From assembly GCA_951406725.2 (NCBI GenBank), contig OX597815.1, positions 77,314,001-77,378,000 of the forward strand: DNA of 64,000 nt, given 5' to 3'. The position numbers and the translations under genes were made by a program. The stretch comes from Octopus vulgaris (lineage: Eukaryota). How positions within the stretch are numbered: the first letter of the stretch is position 1; each line of letters opens with the position of its first letter. Positions 38,757 to 51,870 of the stretch are shown here, piece after piece. Below the pieces are notes generated by a model that saw only the letters and a program-made list of their open reading frames with translations, had not been told where the DNA came from and made no database searches.

Positions 38757-40467
38757 AAATTTCTAAAGATACCTATGATCATTTTACAGAGGCTAATAAC
38801 ACTAACACGATTTTTGTCTTGGATAGCAACTATTATTTGCTATTTGCTTACTCATAGAAAGTATGAAAAATAGCTGATATTTCCTTCAAACATTGTTTTT
38901 GTTACATTTATTCAAACCCCAAAGACTCACACTCGATATATGGCTTTGATGCTCCCCCACTACTCCTGCTCATGAACAAAGATGTATATGTTGTCAGCCA
39001 CTGAGAGACATGCTCAAGTGGTTACGGGCAAGCAACTGAGAAGCACATCTGTGGTATTAAGCAGAATATTTGCTATAATGATATTTCTGCTTCAGCAATA
39101 CAGCAGTAAATCTGTCTGAAATGTCATGGAAAATAGGTCAGTTTCAAAACATTGATGTCCAGGTCACAAAAGCAAAGTTTAAAGGGAATAATTGTCGTTT
39201 TCTTTGATTTCTAGGTAGAAGCAAATAAGAAATAGCACTTACTGATAAAAGACAAAAGAGAAAGAAAAATTTTGTTAAACAGTGTAATGAATAATCATAT
39301 ATTTTAATTTGCTTTTTGAAGTATGTTACATTTTATGTGTAGATGCAATGATTAGAGAGTTTGCTTTGCAACCAAGAGGTCCCAGGTTTGATCCCATTGT
39401 GTGGCATCTTGTGCAAATGTTACTTCAGTCTTGCATTGACCCCACCTTGCGGGTGAAACTGGGTTATGGCAAACTACACAGAAGTCCACCAGGTGGATTG
39501 TAGTTGTAATTGAAGGGAACAGTCTTGTCACACACAGTGTCACTTTGATTGTGCTTGGAAATTGTGTAAAGATCACATGTATATGTGGAATTCTCAGCCA
39601 CTTACTTTTTAATTCAGGAGCAGATAAATCACTTGATTGAACACCTGAATCTTCACTGTTGAATGATGGAGAACCACCATTATCCACTACCATATTCAGT
39701 GTGTGTATGTTTATTTCATTCAGATAGTTTTTCCTGTTTTTTTTTTTCTTTTGGTTATTAAATCATTATAATTTGGAATCCTAAAGCTGTGTTGCTCTTA
39801 TGAATAAATAGTTTATCCTATAGACTGCAAACAATGCTGTAGCATGGAGGAAACTAAAGAAACTTTTGGATTGTCACCCAGGGATTTATGACAACTTGTG
39901 ACCATATTAAAATTTGTTTACTACTTATTCATTAGTATTAATCATATCAGATCTTGCAGAATCAGTGGCTGTTAACATAAACAGTCTTCAATTACAGATC
40001 TCCGTCAGCTTTTATTGCAATTTCCTCTTGTTGATTGTCAGATTGTAATTATGATGATGATCACATCTATGTCCTATTGGAATGTTGAAGTATTACCAAA
40101 TATTTAGTCTATATAATAGTTTACCATTGCTTTGTCTAATCCTATTGAAAGATTTAAGTTTAGCATTTCTTGTTAATTATAGCTTTTATAATTATAATTA
40201 AGTATATTTTATACATATATTATGACCATAGTTAACCCTTTAGCATTTAACCCAGCCATATCTGGATCAAATATTCTACCTGTTTTATTTTAAAACTGAC
40301 CAGATTCAAACTCTCATGCCTATCTTATAATGTTATTCTAAAAATATACAAACACATCATTGAAATCTTGAAGCTAGAAGATCATATGTAATTAATTTAA
40401 AGCAATGTGAATAAATAAGCATTACTTTTGACAAAGAAATCTGAATGCTAATGGGTTAAGTATATTT

Positions 40468-40513
<46 letters not shown>

Positions 40514-40527
40514 GTATATATATATAT

Positions 40528-42409
40528 CATCATCATCATTTAGTGTCCGCTTTCCATGCTAGCATGGGTTGGACGGTTCAACTGGGGGTCTGTGAAGCCA
40601 GAAGGTTGCATCAGGCCCAGTCTGATCTGGCAGTGTTTCTACGGCTGGATGCCTTTCCTAACGCCAACCACTCCGTGAGTGTAGTGGGTGCTTTTTACAT
40701 GCCACCCGCACAGGTGCCAGACGGAGCTGGCAAACGGCCACGATCGGATGGTGCTTTTTACGTGCCACTGGCACGGAGGCCAGTCGGGGCGACGCTGGCA
40801 ACGGCCACGATCGGATGGTTCGCTTACTTGTCACTGGCACTGGTATCACAGCTGCAATTTCCATTGATGTTGATCGACTTCGATTTTGGTTCTGCTTTCT
40901 GATATCTGATTTGATTTGGTTTGATTTTGATTTTGATTTTCACTTGCCTCAATGGGTCTTCACAAATGGAGTTTTGTGTCCCAAGAAGGAAAGGTATGTA
41001 TAAGTCGACTGGCTACATACCAGGTAGAGGCCACGGGTTATGGTCTCACTAGTCTTGCCGGGTCTTCTCACGCACAGCATACTTCCATAGGTCTCAGTCT
41101 CTAGTCATTTCCTTGGTGAGACCTAAAGTTTGAAGGTCGTGCTTCACCACCTCGTCCCAGGTTTTCCTGGGTCTACCTCTTCCACAGGTTCCCTCAACCG
41201 CTAGGGTGTGGCACTTTTGCACCCAACTATCTTCATCCATTCTCGTCACATGACCATACCAGCACAAACGTCTCTCTTGCACACCACAACTGATGCTTCT
41301 TAGGTCCAACTTTTCTCTCAAGGTACTTACACTCTGTTGATTATGAACACTGACATTACACATCCATCGGAGCATACTGGCTTCATTTCTTGCGAGCTTA
41401 CACATATCCTCAGCAGTCACAGCCCATGTTTCACTACCATGTAGCATGGCTGTTCGTACACATGCATCATACAGTCTGCCTTTTACTCTGAGCGAGAGGC
41501 CTTTTGTCACCAGCAGGGGTAAGAGCTCTCTGAACTTTGCCCAGGCTATTCTTACTCTAGCAGTTACACTTTCAGCACACCCACCCCCGCTACTGACTTG
41601 GTCACCTAGGTAGCAGAAGCTATCAACTACTTCTTGTTTTTCTCCCTGGAACGTGGTAGAAGTTGGTCTCTGCACATTTTCAGTGTTTATTGCTCCTGAG
41701 CATCTGCCACAGACAAAAACTATTTTCCTAGTTAGTCTTCCTTTGACATTGCTGCACCTCTTATGTGTCCATAGCTTACACTTGGTGCACCTTATAGAGT
41801 TTCTACCTACACCTTTTTTACAGATCGAGCAGGGCCATCTACCTGAAGGCATTTGTGATTGGTCTACCTTCCTACTTATTAGGACTTTGGTTTTGGCTAG
41901 GTTGATTCTAAGGCCCTTCGACTCTAATCCTTGCTTCCACACCTGAAACTTCTCCTCCAGTTCTGATAGTGACTTAAGCAATTAGAGCAAGGTCATCAGC
42001 ATAGAGGAGCTCCCAGGGGCATCCTGTCTTGAATTCCTCCATTATTGCCTGGAGGACTATGATAAATAGGATGGGACTGAGGACTGAACCTTGGTGGACC
42101 CCAACCTCTACCCGGAATTCTTCACTGTACTCGTTGCCAACCCTCACCTTACTAGCAGCATCTCTGTACATGGCTTGCACAGCTCTCACTAACCATTCAT
42201 CTATCCCTAGTTTCCTCATTGACCACCAGATAAGGGATCGGGGAACCCTGTCGAAGGCTTTCTCCATGTCAACAAAAGCCAGGTAGGTATTTCTCCTGCA
42301 GCTGTCTTACCAGGAATATAGCATCAGTAGTACTTTTCCCTGGCACGAACCCAAACTGCATCTCATCTAAGCTAACTCTCTCTCTAATTAGTTGGGCTAT
42401 AACCCTCTC

Positions 42410-42410
<1 letters not shown>
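40528..42410 (-). mobile_element. Relatively young 5'-truncated RTE LINE (RT domain to tail)
   Basis: QFGFVPGKSTTDAIF, EKAFDRVPR, GVHQGSVLSP, LLYADDL and 295-aa C-terminal ORF; (TA)n on both sides. Confidence 0.95.
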
Positions 42411-42442
<32 letters not shown>

Positions 42443-42443
<1 letters not shown>

Positions 42444-43070
42444 TTTGCTGGATGTGCAATGTCAGTGTGCATGTATGACAGAGTGTAAGCATCTTGAGAG
42501 AAATGTTTGGCATAAGAGGCATCAGATGTGGTGTGCAAGAGAGAGACAACTGCACTGGTATGGTCATATGATGTATATGGACAAGGACGGCTGTGTAAAG
42601 AAGTGCCAATCTCTGTGGAGAGAACCTGTGGTAGAGGTAGACAAGGAAGACATGAGATGACATGGTGAAGTATGATCTTCAAACTTTGGGCTTCATGGAG
42701 GCAAAGTGGCTGAGTTCCTTTTGAACATTGGGCTTCATGGAGGCAAAGTGGCCAAGTTCCTTTTGAGTGTTGGGCCTCATGGAGGCAATGACCAAGACCT
42801 GTGGTATTATGTCATGCTTGAGAAGAAGACCCATCAAGCTGAGCAAAATCACAGACATGGCAGATATCGGTGTCATGCAAATGGCGCCCGTACTGGTGGC
42901 ATGTAAAAGCACCCATTACACACTCAGAGTGGTTGGCATTAGGAAGGGCATCCAGCCATAGAAAATCATGCCAAATCAGACTGGAACCTGGTGCAGTCTT
43001 CCAGCCTGCCAGTCCAGTCAAACCATCCAACGCATGCCAGCATGGACAGCAGACAAATGATGATGATGAC
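42443..43070 (+). mobile_element. RTE 3' fragment in opposite orientation to the adjacent copy
   Basis: WYGH and CVKKC remnants, ~40-bp tandem LGL.EAKWLSS units, (ATG)n tail. Confidence 0.85.
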
Positions 43071-43345
43071 ATATAATATATGTATATAATAAAATATATT
43101 TTTATAATTATAATGAAGTATCTATAGTTTTCTTTCAGCTATAGTTGGTATGCAGGTACTCATGGTACTTATTCATTGCTAGATGAATTAAGCTAATAAG
43201 AATTAAATGTTTTAGCTGTGGATAGAGTAGCACTTATTGTAGGTTTCAAACCATTTACTTTGCACTCGCTAGATACATAAACTCAGCTAAATAGTGACTC
43301 ATTAATATTGAACACCTTTTTTAATAATTGGTAATTTTATTTCAG

Positions 43346-43426
43346 GAGAATATTGAAGCTGAAACTCTAAAAAGTTCAGCTGCTATCAAGAAAAGACTGG
43401 AAGATGTCAAAGATAAACTATCTGAG
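43346..43426 (+). CDS. TIMM44: TIMM44 exon 5
   Basis: ENIEAETLKSSAAIKKRLEDVKDKLSE; TTTCAG acceptor, GAG|GTAAAG donor. Confidence 0.92.
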
Positions 43427-44247
43427 GTAAAGTCATTTTTGTGTATTTTAAAAAATATTTTTGTGGATGGTTTTTATATTTCTTGCCAGTAAGAATAAAG
43501 TATCTAAAATGGGTAGAGAAATTTAAAGAATTGTTTTGGTACAATAGTAGAACATCTATCATGTGTACAGGAGATCTGGTTTCAAGATCCATGGGTAGCT
43601 TTTGACTTTTTCTATCCAAAGGTATTTTTAATCCATTATTTTCATGCTATCATTTATAGCTTTATGTATAAATGGCATCTGCATTCAGGAAAGGGAACTT
43701 ATACACTGTAAGTATAGAGAGTATTCTGTGACCTAAGAGTGTACTTTTACTCAGATAATGTAATCAATGAGGGAAGCAGTAGAAGATCAAAATGGGTGAT
43801 GAGAAGGACAAGGGTAGGATTGGAGTGAATGGGCGGAGGAGGGGAGAAATGGATGAAGTGCTGAAAGGATGAGGTGAAATATATTGGGTGCAGCTGGTTT
43901 GATGCAGTCTCTCACACGTAGGAGCCAGAGATGGAAGAGTTGGCAGAGTGATGAGGATGGGATGATGCAGTCTCTCATGTTTAGATATGAGTTTCTTTTT
44001 GACTAGCATTGAGCCTTATATTTTAATCAAAGTGGAGTGGAACATTATGATATTTTTACCTTTCTCTTAGCATTATGAATAAAGAAATGGTTTCAACCAG
44101 GAATTCTACTTGAAGTATGGTCTAGTTTTGTTGGATTCTTGATGAACTCTCTAAGAACTTATTATTGACTTATTGGTTTCAGCATATTCACTTTTGCAAT
44201 ACATTCTCTTTCAAATATGTGTTCTGTCTTTTCTGCTCTGTCTTTAG

Positions 44248-44397
44248 ACTATAGAGGAAGTTCAGAAAACTGAGTTTGCTAAAAAAGGAAAAGAGTTTAC
44301 GGAAGAAATTGGTAAATCTGCCGAGAAAGCAGCTGAAACTTTTTCTAAAGGCCGAGAAAGTATTGGTCAAACTTCGACCTTCAAAAATATTTCAGAA
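44248..44397 (+). CDS. TIMM44: TIMM44 exon 6
   Basis: TIEEVQKTEFAKKGKEFTEEIGKSAEKAAETFSKGRESIGQTSTFKNISE; TTTAG acceptor, GTATGT donor. Confidence 0.93.
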
Positions 44398-45625
44398 GTA
44401 TGTTTCTTTTTCTTTATCCTCTCTTTGTTAACTTTTCTTTGTCTGATGTTTATGTTGCTATATTGCTAAAACTTATTTTTTAGTGTTATATTTAAAAGCC
44501 AAAGGACTTCCATTGGGATGGTAGTGACCATATATTTGAACTCGTGCCTAATTTGAGTAATGTTAGTCACAGTATGGTCAGTGTGACAGCACACGCAATG
44601 ACAACAACCACCATATGCCACTGGTGCTGGTCTGGGTAAACGTTTTGAAGAAGATCAACAGTTACCCATACATATGTTTCCCTTCTCCATTAACATTGAT
44701 GTTTATTCAAGAGGGAAGGCCACTGACTTGGGCTGACACAGCTTTGTACCATTGTCATCACAGACATTCTCAGAATGCAACGAGACAAAATAGATACCAT
44801 GAGGTATCTTGTTCGACCTAACGGTTCTACCAATCCACATTTTTCTTGATTAAATCCGGAAAGGATGAAAGGTAAAGTTCACCTCATTGGGATTTAAACT
44901 CAAACTGCAAGGGTTGAAATGAAACAAAAAGGACAAAATATTTTATCCCAAATTCTATTGAGCTCCATTTCATTTCCTAGTTGTGAGGGTGACACATGAC
45001 TCAGTGGTTGCACTCACTGTCATGAGATCATAGTTTCAATTCATAGGCTGGATGGTTCATTGTGTTCTTGAGCAAAACACTTCATCTTGTGTTCCTCTGT
45101 GATCACTTTGACACCTGACACACCATGCACCTGTCCAGGTAATGTTGATTTGATTGAAGGAGTGAGCTAATGTACAGCACATACATTTGATCACTATAAA
45201 CAAATCATTTGTGCAGGTCATTTGGCACAAGCTGAACACTCATATGTCATCTTCATCAGGGGGTGTCCTTCATCACCATATCATGAGTCAAGATGACACA
45301 TTATTCTTGAAGCTTAGATAAAGCTTGAAAAAATGTGTAGAGATACATAGTTTTTGTATTGTTGTTATTGCTACCTGCATTCGAAAGCAAATAGTGGTCT
45401 ATTACTGTTACATATTTAAACGTTGGACTGTTGTGATATTTCTTTGCACAGTTAAGACTACCTTTTCATTTTCAGTAATTCCTTTCATACATATATCTCA
45501 AAGACTTCTGTTTATATGAATGTTTATTTCTCACAGATATATTTGATGTATTATCCTTTATTACTAATATATGTAGTCTTCAAATAATAACTAAAATCTC
45601 AAGGTTTTTTTTCTCTGTGCATTAG

Positions 45626-45695
45626 GGAGTTAAGGCTGTCAAGAAAGAAATTGAGGAGACAACATTATCTCGAGCACGGACATATCGAGCACCAG
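45626..45695 (+). CDS. TIMM44: TIMM44 exon 7
   Basis: GVKAVKKEIEETTLSRARTYRAP; phase 0-1, CAG|GTATGA donor. Confidence 0.9.
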
Positions 45696-45817
45696 GTATG
45701 ATTTCCTAATTTCATTAAACAACTGAAAATCTCTAAAGATAAAGATAAACTCAGTCAAACCTATATAAAACAAAATTTTCATGAAATTTAAATCCTTTTT
45801 TTCTTTCTGGTTTCAAG

Positions 45818-45887
45818 TGACATTGAGGAAACGTTCAGAAAAGTCTTCAAAGAAAGACCCAAATGAAAAAGTAGTGGAAGCCAATGA
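45818..45887 (+). CDS. TIMM44: TIMM44 exon 8
   Basis: (V)TLRKRSEKSSKKDPNEKVVEAN(E); AAG acceptor, GA|GTAAGT donor, phase 1-2. Confidence 0.9.
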
Positions 45888-46013
45888 GTAAGTCACTTTC
45901 TGTTTTTTCCTTACATTTAATAATTAAAAAAATGATTTCTTTTATTTGCCACCAGGGCAAAGGGTGAGAGAGACAATACAAAGAAAGACATAAAATGAGT
46001 GGAGTGTGCATAT

Positions 46014-46378
46014 TGTGGCACTCTGTCGGTTACAATGATGAAGGTTCCAGTTGATCCGATCAACGGAACAGCCTGCTCGTGAAATTAACGTGTAAGTGGC
46101 TGAGCACTCCACAGACATGTGTACCCTTAACGTAGTTCTCGGGGAGATTCAGCATGACACAGTGTGTGACAAGGCTGGCCCTTTGAAATACAGGTACAAC
46201 AGAAACAGGAAGAGAGAGTGAGAAAAAGTTGTGGTGAAAGAGTACAGCAGGGTTTGCCACCCCTTCCTGGAGCTTCGTGGAGCTTTAGGTGTTTTCGCTC
46301 AATAAACACTCATAACGCCCGGTCTGGGAATTGAAACCACGAGTCTGTTGCCCTAACCACTGGGCCATTGCACCTCCA
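46014..46378 (-). mobile_element. Full-length tRNA-derived SINE with 14-bp target-site duplication
   Basis: Minus-strand head GGAGGTGCAATGGCCCAGTGGTTAGG..GGTTTCAATTCCC; TGGAGTGT(G/A)CATAT at 46000-46013 and 46379-46392. Confidence 0.85.
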
Positions 46379-47145
46379 TGGAGTGTACATATAATAATGA
46401 AATAAAATTAGGAAAATATACACAGTATACAAATAAACAAAGAAGGAAAATATACAACAGTAAAAGAAAAAGAGAGAAAAATGGATGATAGTGATGTGGT
46501 CTACTTGATATAGGAAGGCATTTAGGGATAATCAAGGAACCCCACTGTCCAAGGTTTTGAACACCAAGGGCAAGTGCCCTCTCCAACTCCTTTTCTCTGA
46601 CTCATGATGCTAATATTATGAATAACGTTTTAGAAGTACAGGCATGGTTGTGTGGTTAAGGAGTTCACTTCCATCTATATGATTGTAAGTTCAGTCTACT
46701 GTACAAACTATAAGTGTCATGTTGACTGAAGCCTTGTGAGTGGATGTGGTAGATGTAAACTTGAAACAAGCTTGTTAAATATGTGTTTGCATGTGAGTGT
46801 ATTGGCGTTAGTGCTTCTCCAAAAATCACTGGGCTATAAAGGTGTGATGTCATTTCCTCTAACAACAACTTTGTACCTCAGTCACCAGCTTTGTACCTTT
46901 GAAGACATGGTATAAGAGATTTCTTACTTGAAAAACAGGCAATTCTTAATGAAAGGAATGACATTCAGCTATTAAACATTACTTCAATAACATAGATTTA
47001 TCTAACCCATGCTAACATGGAGAAATACACTAAAAAATAAAAGAACAAACTCTGCCAAAGAGTGGTTCATTGTAAGAATGACTTGCTTCTTTGATTTCTT
47101 CTCTGTTTCTCATCTGTCTGTCACTGTCTCTCTTTTACTGCATGA

Positions 47146-48041
47146 CTAGCGAAACCCATGAATATTTCATGGAATTAATGGTAAATCCATTTGGGTTATT
47201 TCTGTAAACTTTATCCAAAAAAACTGAATGCGAAGCCTGCATTGTGTCTGTATGGAAAGATAGTCACTCATCTGCTATTCATTGAAAAGTGAAAGAAATT
47301 GAAATACAATGTTTACTTAATGCACTTTATCTATACACTTTATATACTTTATGCACAATTTTATAGATTTAATACACAATACTCATAAAATATATATTCG
47401 CTCTTATTTTTCTATTTTTCTCATAAAAAAAGAAATATCCTGTACATATAATACAACCTTTAGTTAAATTGCATATATCTGCCACATAAATAGGTGTGAA
47501 TATTTCATTGAATTGCTCTCATGCACATGCTTTAAGTGATAGGGATATAAAAACATATTTTCAATTAAAAAAAAGTAACACTTTTCACTATTCACTCACC
47601 ATCACCACCTCCATCTCCACCACCACTACCATCACCATCACCATCATCATCCTCCCACCCCCTCTCTCATCTCTCTGCCTTTCTTTAACCTTACCATCAA
47701 ATCATCACCCCTCTGCTAAAATTATATTTTTAACTCTCCTCCTCTACCTTCAACTAACTTTTTTAACCATGTAATAGATATTATGTTCCCTCTGCCTTAC
47801 ATCATGGATGCTTCTCTCTCCTTCTTTTTCTTTCTCCCTCTTTCTCTGTCTTTCTCTTCACTTTATCCCATTTTTCTCTCTCCTCTCTTTCCCTTCATCT
47901 GACCATGTGAAAGCTTTACAATTACATTTCCCCTTCTTCTTTTTCTCTCTCCCTCTTCTCTTTCTCTCTCTTTTTCTCTAATCAAGTGAAAGTGTTACTG
48001 ACAGGTTAAGTAACACAGTGACAAGTAGAATTATTATAAGA
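47146..48041 (-). mobile_element. Non-autonomous Helitron-like element
   Basis: Hairpin CCATGAATATTTCATGG next to ACTAG at 47145-47149; candidate 5' A|TCTTATAATAA at 48041; low-complexity interior. Confidence 0.5.
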
Positions 48042-48353
48042 TGCTACCAATGTAACTATGGATGTCAGCGGTTCTCCCCTATTCACTGTACCATTCTTCC
48101 AGTGTAACCAGAGATGTCATTAGACCTACCCAGTCCTTCTCTCCAACACTCAACCTCACTCATCTTTGCTGCCCTATCTCTCTTGCCTGTTGTGAGGCAT
48201 AAATATATATACTTAGGGTCACAGATCAGCATATGCCTCATACATTCTGCCATACCCACTGCTTCAATAACTATGCTCAATAACATTTGAATTTTTTTTT
48301 CCAATATTTCACAATGAACAAATATTAAAATTTTTTTTTCTTCCTTCATTTAG

Positions 48354-48439
48354 AGATGCTACAGGAGTTGTTTTGCACAAAGACTCTCGTTGGTTCCAAA
48401 GTTGGCAGAATTTTAAAGATAATAATCAGTATGTACATA
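48354..48439 (+). CDS. TIMM44: TIMM44 exon 9
   Basis: DATGVVLHKDSRWFQSWQNFKDNNQYVH; phase 2-1, A|GTGAGT donor. Confidence 0.95.
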
Positions 48440-48536
48440 GTGAGTATAAATATATTTTTATGTGGTTTTTTCTTTACTTTTCTTTCCCTCGTTTATGAAA
48501 GAACATTATCAAATGTTAATTTACGACAAAGTAGGT

Positions 48537-48718
48537 GTGCAGGTGGCACGTAAAAAACACCCACTACACTCGCGGAGTGGTTGGCGTTAGGAAGGGCATC
48601 CAGCCGTAGAAACACTGCCAGATCTGACTGGGCCTGACGAAGCCTTCCAGCTTCACAGACCCCAGTTGACCCGTCCAACCCATGCTAGCATGGAAAGCGG
48701 ACGCTAAATGATGATGAT
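48537..48718 (+). mobile_element. RTE 3' tail fragment
   Basis: Near reverse complement of 40528-40710; (ATG)n tail. Confidence 0.85.
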
Positions 48719-49029
48719 AGTTTAGCCTCTCAGACCTGGGCCTTTGTGTCTAACTTTACCTTCACCCTGGGCTTCTGAACAAAAACATAAATAGTTGCAT
48801 ATACAACGCAAGAATAATGACTGCAGGCAAACTAATGGACAGAATCACAAAAAAAAAGAAAGATTACAGAATGACGATAATACTGTATTTATTCATTGCA
48901 GGCAAACTAATGGACAGAATCACATAAAAACTAAAAAACTCTGGAGAATAACAATAACAGGCTTATCTTTCAACTACTGTACTTGTTTACCCAAATTGTT
49001 AATTTTCTCATTACATTCACCAGTTTGGT

Positions 49030-49400
49030 TGTCCAAATCACTCACATTGCCTGCATAAATGTAAACTCTTTGTCTGAAGAATAAATATTATCAATAATTT
49101 CTTCAACTGCAAAAGTTTGGTCCCTGCTTGTTTACAAGTTGAAATGCTGGGTTCATCACATGATAATTTCATTACAAAGTCAGTTTATTTTTGTGATTAA
49201 AAGTAAACAACAGCCTTAGGGGACACCATTAACAATGAGTCCTAAACATGCTTGACTATGAAGCTGAAATGTGACCAGTTCTCTATTAAGTATTTTATCT
49301 TCTTTTTCTATGTGTGTTGTTCATTAATGGGAATCCACTTGAGATTTTATTTCAGCTATTCTTGGTATACCAGGAACATGGCATGATAGGGTCAAGAATA
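49030..49400 (-). mobile_element. Highly decayed CR1-type RT remnant
   Basis: NGVP*G (GVPQG-like) and IYAG (YADD-like) remnants on the minus strand. Confidence 0.4.
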
Positions 49401-50427
49401 TCTCCTTTTGTAGATTTATTGCTTATTTCTTAGCAATTTAGGTCAATCTCACTGTGTGGCATCTTGGGCAAGTGTCTTCTTTGGCCTCTGGCTGGCCAAT
49501 ACTGTCTGAGTTAAATTAGTAAGGAGAATTGCAAAGCATCCTATTGTATGTGTGTGTGTTAAAATAGTTATTTACACTCTCACAACTACCACACAATATT
49601 AAGACAAGGTGACATACACAAGTGTGCATGCACATGCATATACACATACAGACACATGCACTCACACAATGATGGGCTTCTATTAGTCTCCATCTTTCAA
49701 ATCCACTCACATGGCTTTAGTTGGTCTTGGGCTATAGTTGAAGACACTTGCCCAAAATGGCAGGCAGTGAGACTGAACCTAAAACCACATGGTTGAGGAG
49801 AATTGCCTATCCTAAACCACATGACTATGCCATTTTTATAATGTATTGAGTCACTTTTTCCCTTAGTAATTTGATCCTTTGTGTATTGTTTAAATACTAG
49901 CAGAGATAATGATATTTAGTATTAACAGAATATATTGCTGTCAAATATATGAATCAAATAAATCCCATGTTTCTGCTGAGATTTATCATTTTATATTTTA
50001 TCTAATGCCATCTTTTGCAATGGAATTAATGTTGCTACAAAATGCACATGTTAAAAGCCTTCCTATATTATTAGTATACTTAATATCTGGAATATGTTGA
50101 AATAGATGGTAGTTTTTGTTGGCAAAAATCAACTAATAAGAGTTTTTAGAAGTGTTCAGTGAGTTGATTTGTTGTGAAGAATGTTAGAATGTAATGTCAT
50201 GGACATTAGTTCTTCAAACAAAAAATATATAGAAATATGGTTTCCAAGGTTGCAAAATTAAACTCTTCCACAAATTTTCTTACTTGAATAATAATAATGG
50301 GTATACTGGGCTTCGTATATTTTACCCTAGTGTCACTTTGATGGCATGCACTGCTCTCTCACTCAACAACAATAATAATAATAATATTATTATTATTTTC
50401 TTAATGAATTCTTTTCCTTTTCTTTAG

Positions 50428-50520
50428 AATTATTTGATTTAAAAATGAAATACGATGAAAGTGACAATGTTGTTGTACGAGCCACTCGTATATTCACTGA
50501 TAAAGTTGGGATGGTATTTG
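50428..50520 (+). CDS. TIMM44: TIMM44 exon 10
   Basis: (K)LFDLKMKYDESDNVVVRATRIFTDKVGMVF(G); phase 1-1. Confidence 0.95.
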
Positions 50521-51263
50521 GTAAGTATATTACAAAAATCGTTCATTCTGATAGGTTTGTCTACCATAAAGGATCATATTTCCGTTAACATATGTTGCTT
50601 TGTTTCAGTTCATTTTTAAAATAATAAAGTACTTAGTAAAATAACTTTCTAATTATTAAGCTGGAGTCTGGAACAAATTAGGATAAAATTTTGATGGAAG
50701 ATTATAATTTAAACCATTTTAAAATAGTAAGTTTATGGTTGTAGAATTTGGAGCATTCTCAGGCTGATTGGTATCAAAAGGGTTAATTATGTTCATCTAT
50801 GTTCTCTGTTCAAAAGCTATGGATATTGAGGACTGGGTTAATTTAGATGGCTGTATTCACCTTTATATGAGTCCTCATCATTTTGAATCTGTTTTTCAAT
50901 TTCATCATTATAATTTTATCTGTTTACCTATGTTTGTATAAGGTTCGGACAATTTTTTTCCAACTCAGCATCACCACTTACTGTAATTTCTTTTTTGTCT
51001 CCTTTGTGTATGGATATCATCAAAATCATTATAATCATGATTAATTTTATTTAAGTTTTAAACAGTAAAAATAAAAGTTATATACTTCTTAAAAACTTTG
51101 AAATGTAATAAGCCTTGGAATTTGAACAAAGGAGCCATATGCATTTTTAAAACTGATCATTATTTATTAGTTTTGAAAATTTTCAAATTTTTATTCATTC
51201 ATTAATAATGAAAATGTGTATTTTTAAATGTAATTTCAAATATAATTATATTTTCCTCATCAG

Positions 51264-51388
51264 GTAGCATGTTCTCAAAAACAGAAATGTCAGAAGTATT
51301 AACAGAAATCTGTCGTATAGACCCAACGTTTGATAAAGAAACATTCCTGAAGAGCTGTGAACGGGAAATTATTCCAAATATTCTTGAG
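51264..51388 (+). CDS. TIMM44: TIMM44 exon 11 (start of Tim44 C-terminal domain)
   Basis: SMFSKTEMSEVLTEICRIDPTFDKETFLKSCEREIIPNILE; phase 1-0. Confidence 0.96.
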
Positions 51389-51689
51389 GTAAAGCATGAG
51401 GAATATCTTAATTTATATCTTTCTCCCTTTGACCCTTCCTTCTTTCTTTCCTTCCTTCCTTTCGATGCTGCTGCTTTTCTGTGCTTGCAAGAGTTTGATA
51501 GATTTGTTTCATCTCAGCATCTTGCCGCTTGTCAAAGCCCTTCATCATCTCTTTGTAAGGTTCAGCGTCCTCAGCTGAGACCTTTCAACTTCTTCATTTG
51601 TCCTCTTTGGTCTTCCTCTTCCTTAGGCTTCTTTTATTTCCATCATTTGAAATATTTTTCATTTCTCTCTCTCACTATTTGTATATGAT

Positions 51690-51870
51690 GACACGTAAAA
51701 AGCACCCACTACACTCGCAGAGTGGTTGGCGTTAGGAAGGGCATCCTGCTGTAGAAACACTGCCAGATCAGGCTGGAGCCTGGTGCAGCCCCTGGCTTCC
51801 CAGACCCCAGTCGAACCGTCCAACCCGTGCTAGCGCGGAAAACGGACGTTAAACGATGATGATGATGATG
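51690..51870 (+). mobile_element. Young RTE 3' tail fragment
   Basis: CpG-retaining copy ending in (GAT)n. Confidence 0.85.

Noticed and set aside
41094-42410. RT-like ORFs as a domesticated gene or novel RT system
   Set aside because: 5'-truncated, frameshifted copy of an abundant RTE LINE with its normal tail
22761-46378. tRNA-like A/B boxes as tRNA genes
   Set aside because: They are SINE heads followed by SINE bodies and do not fold into full cloverleaves
48818-48925. Direct repeat TGCAGGCAAACTAATGGACAGAATCACA with a spacer (CRISPR-like look)
   Set aside because: Only two units, in a eukaryotic intron with no cas genes; an ordinary local duplication like those at ~31255/31513 and ~33835/33967
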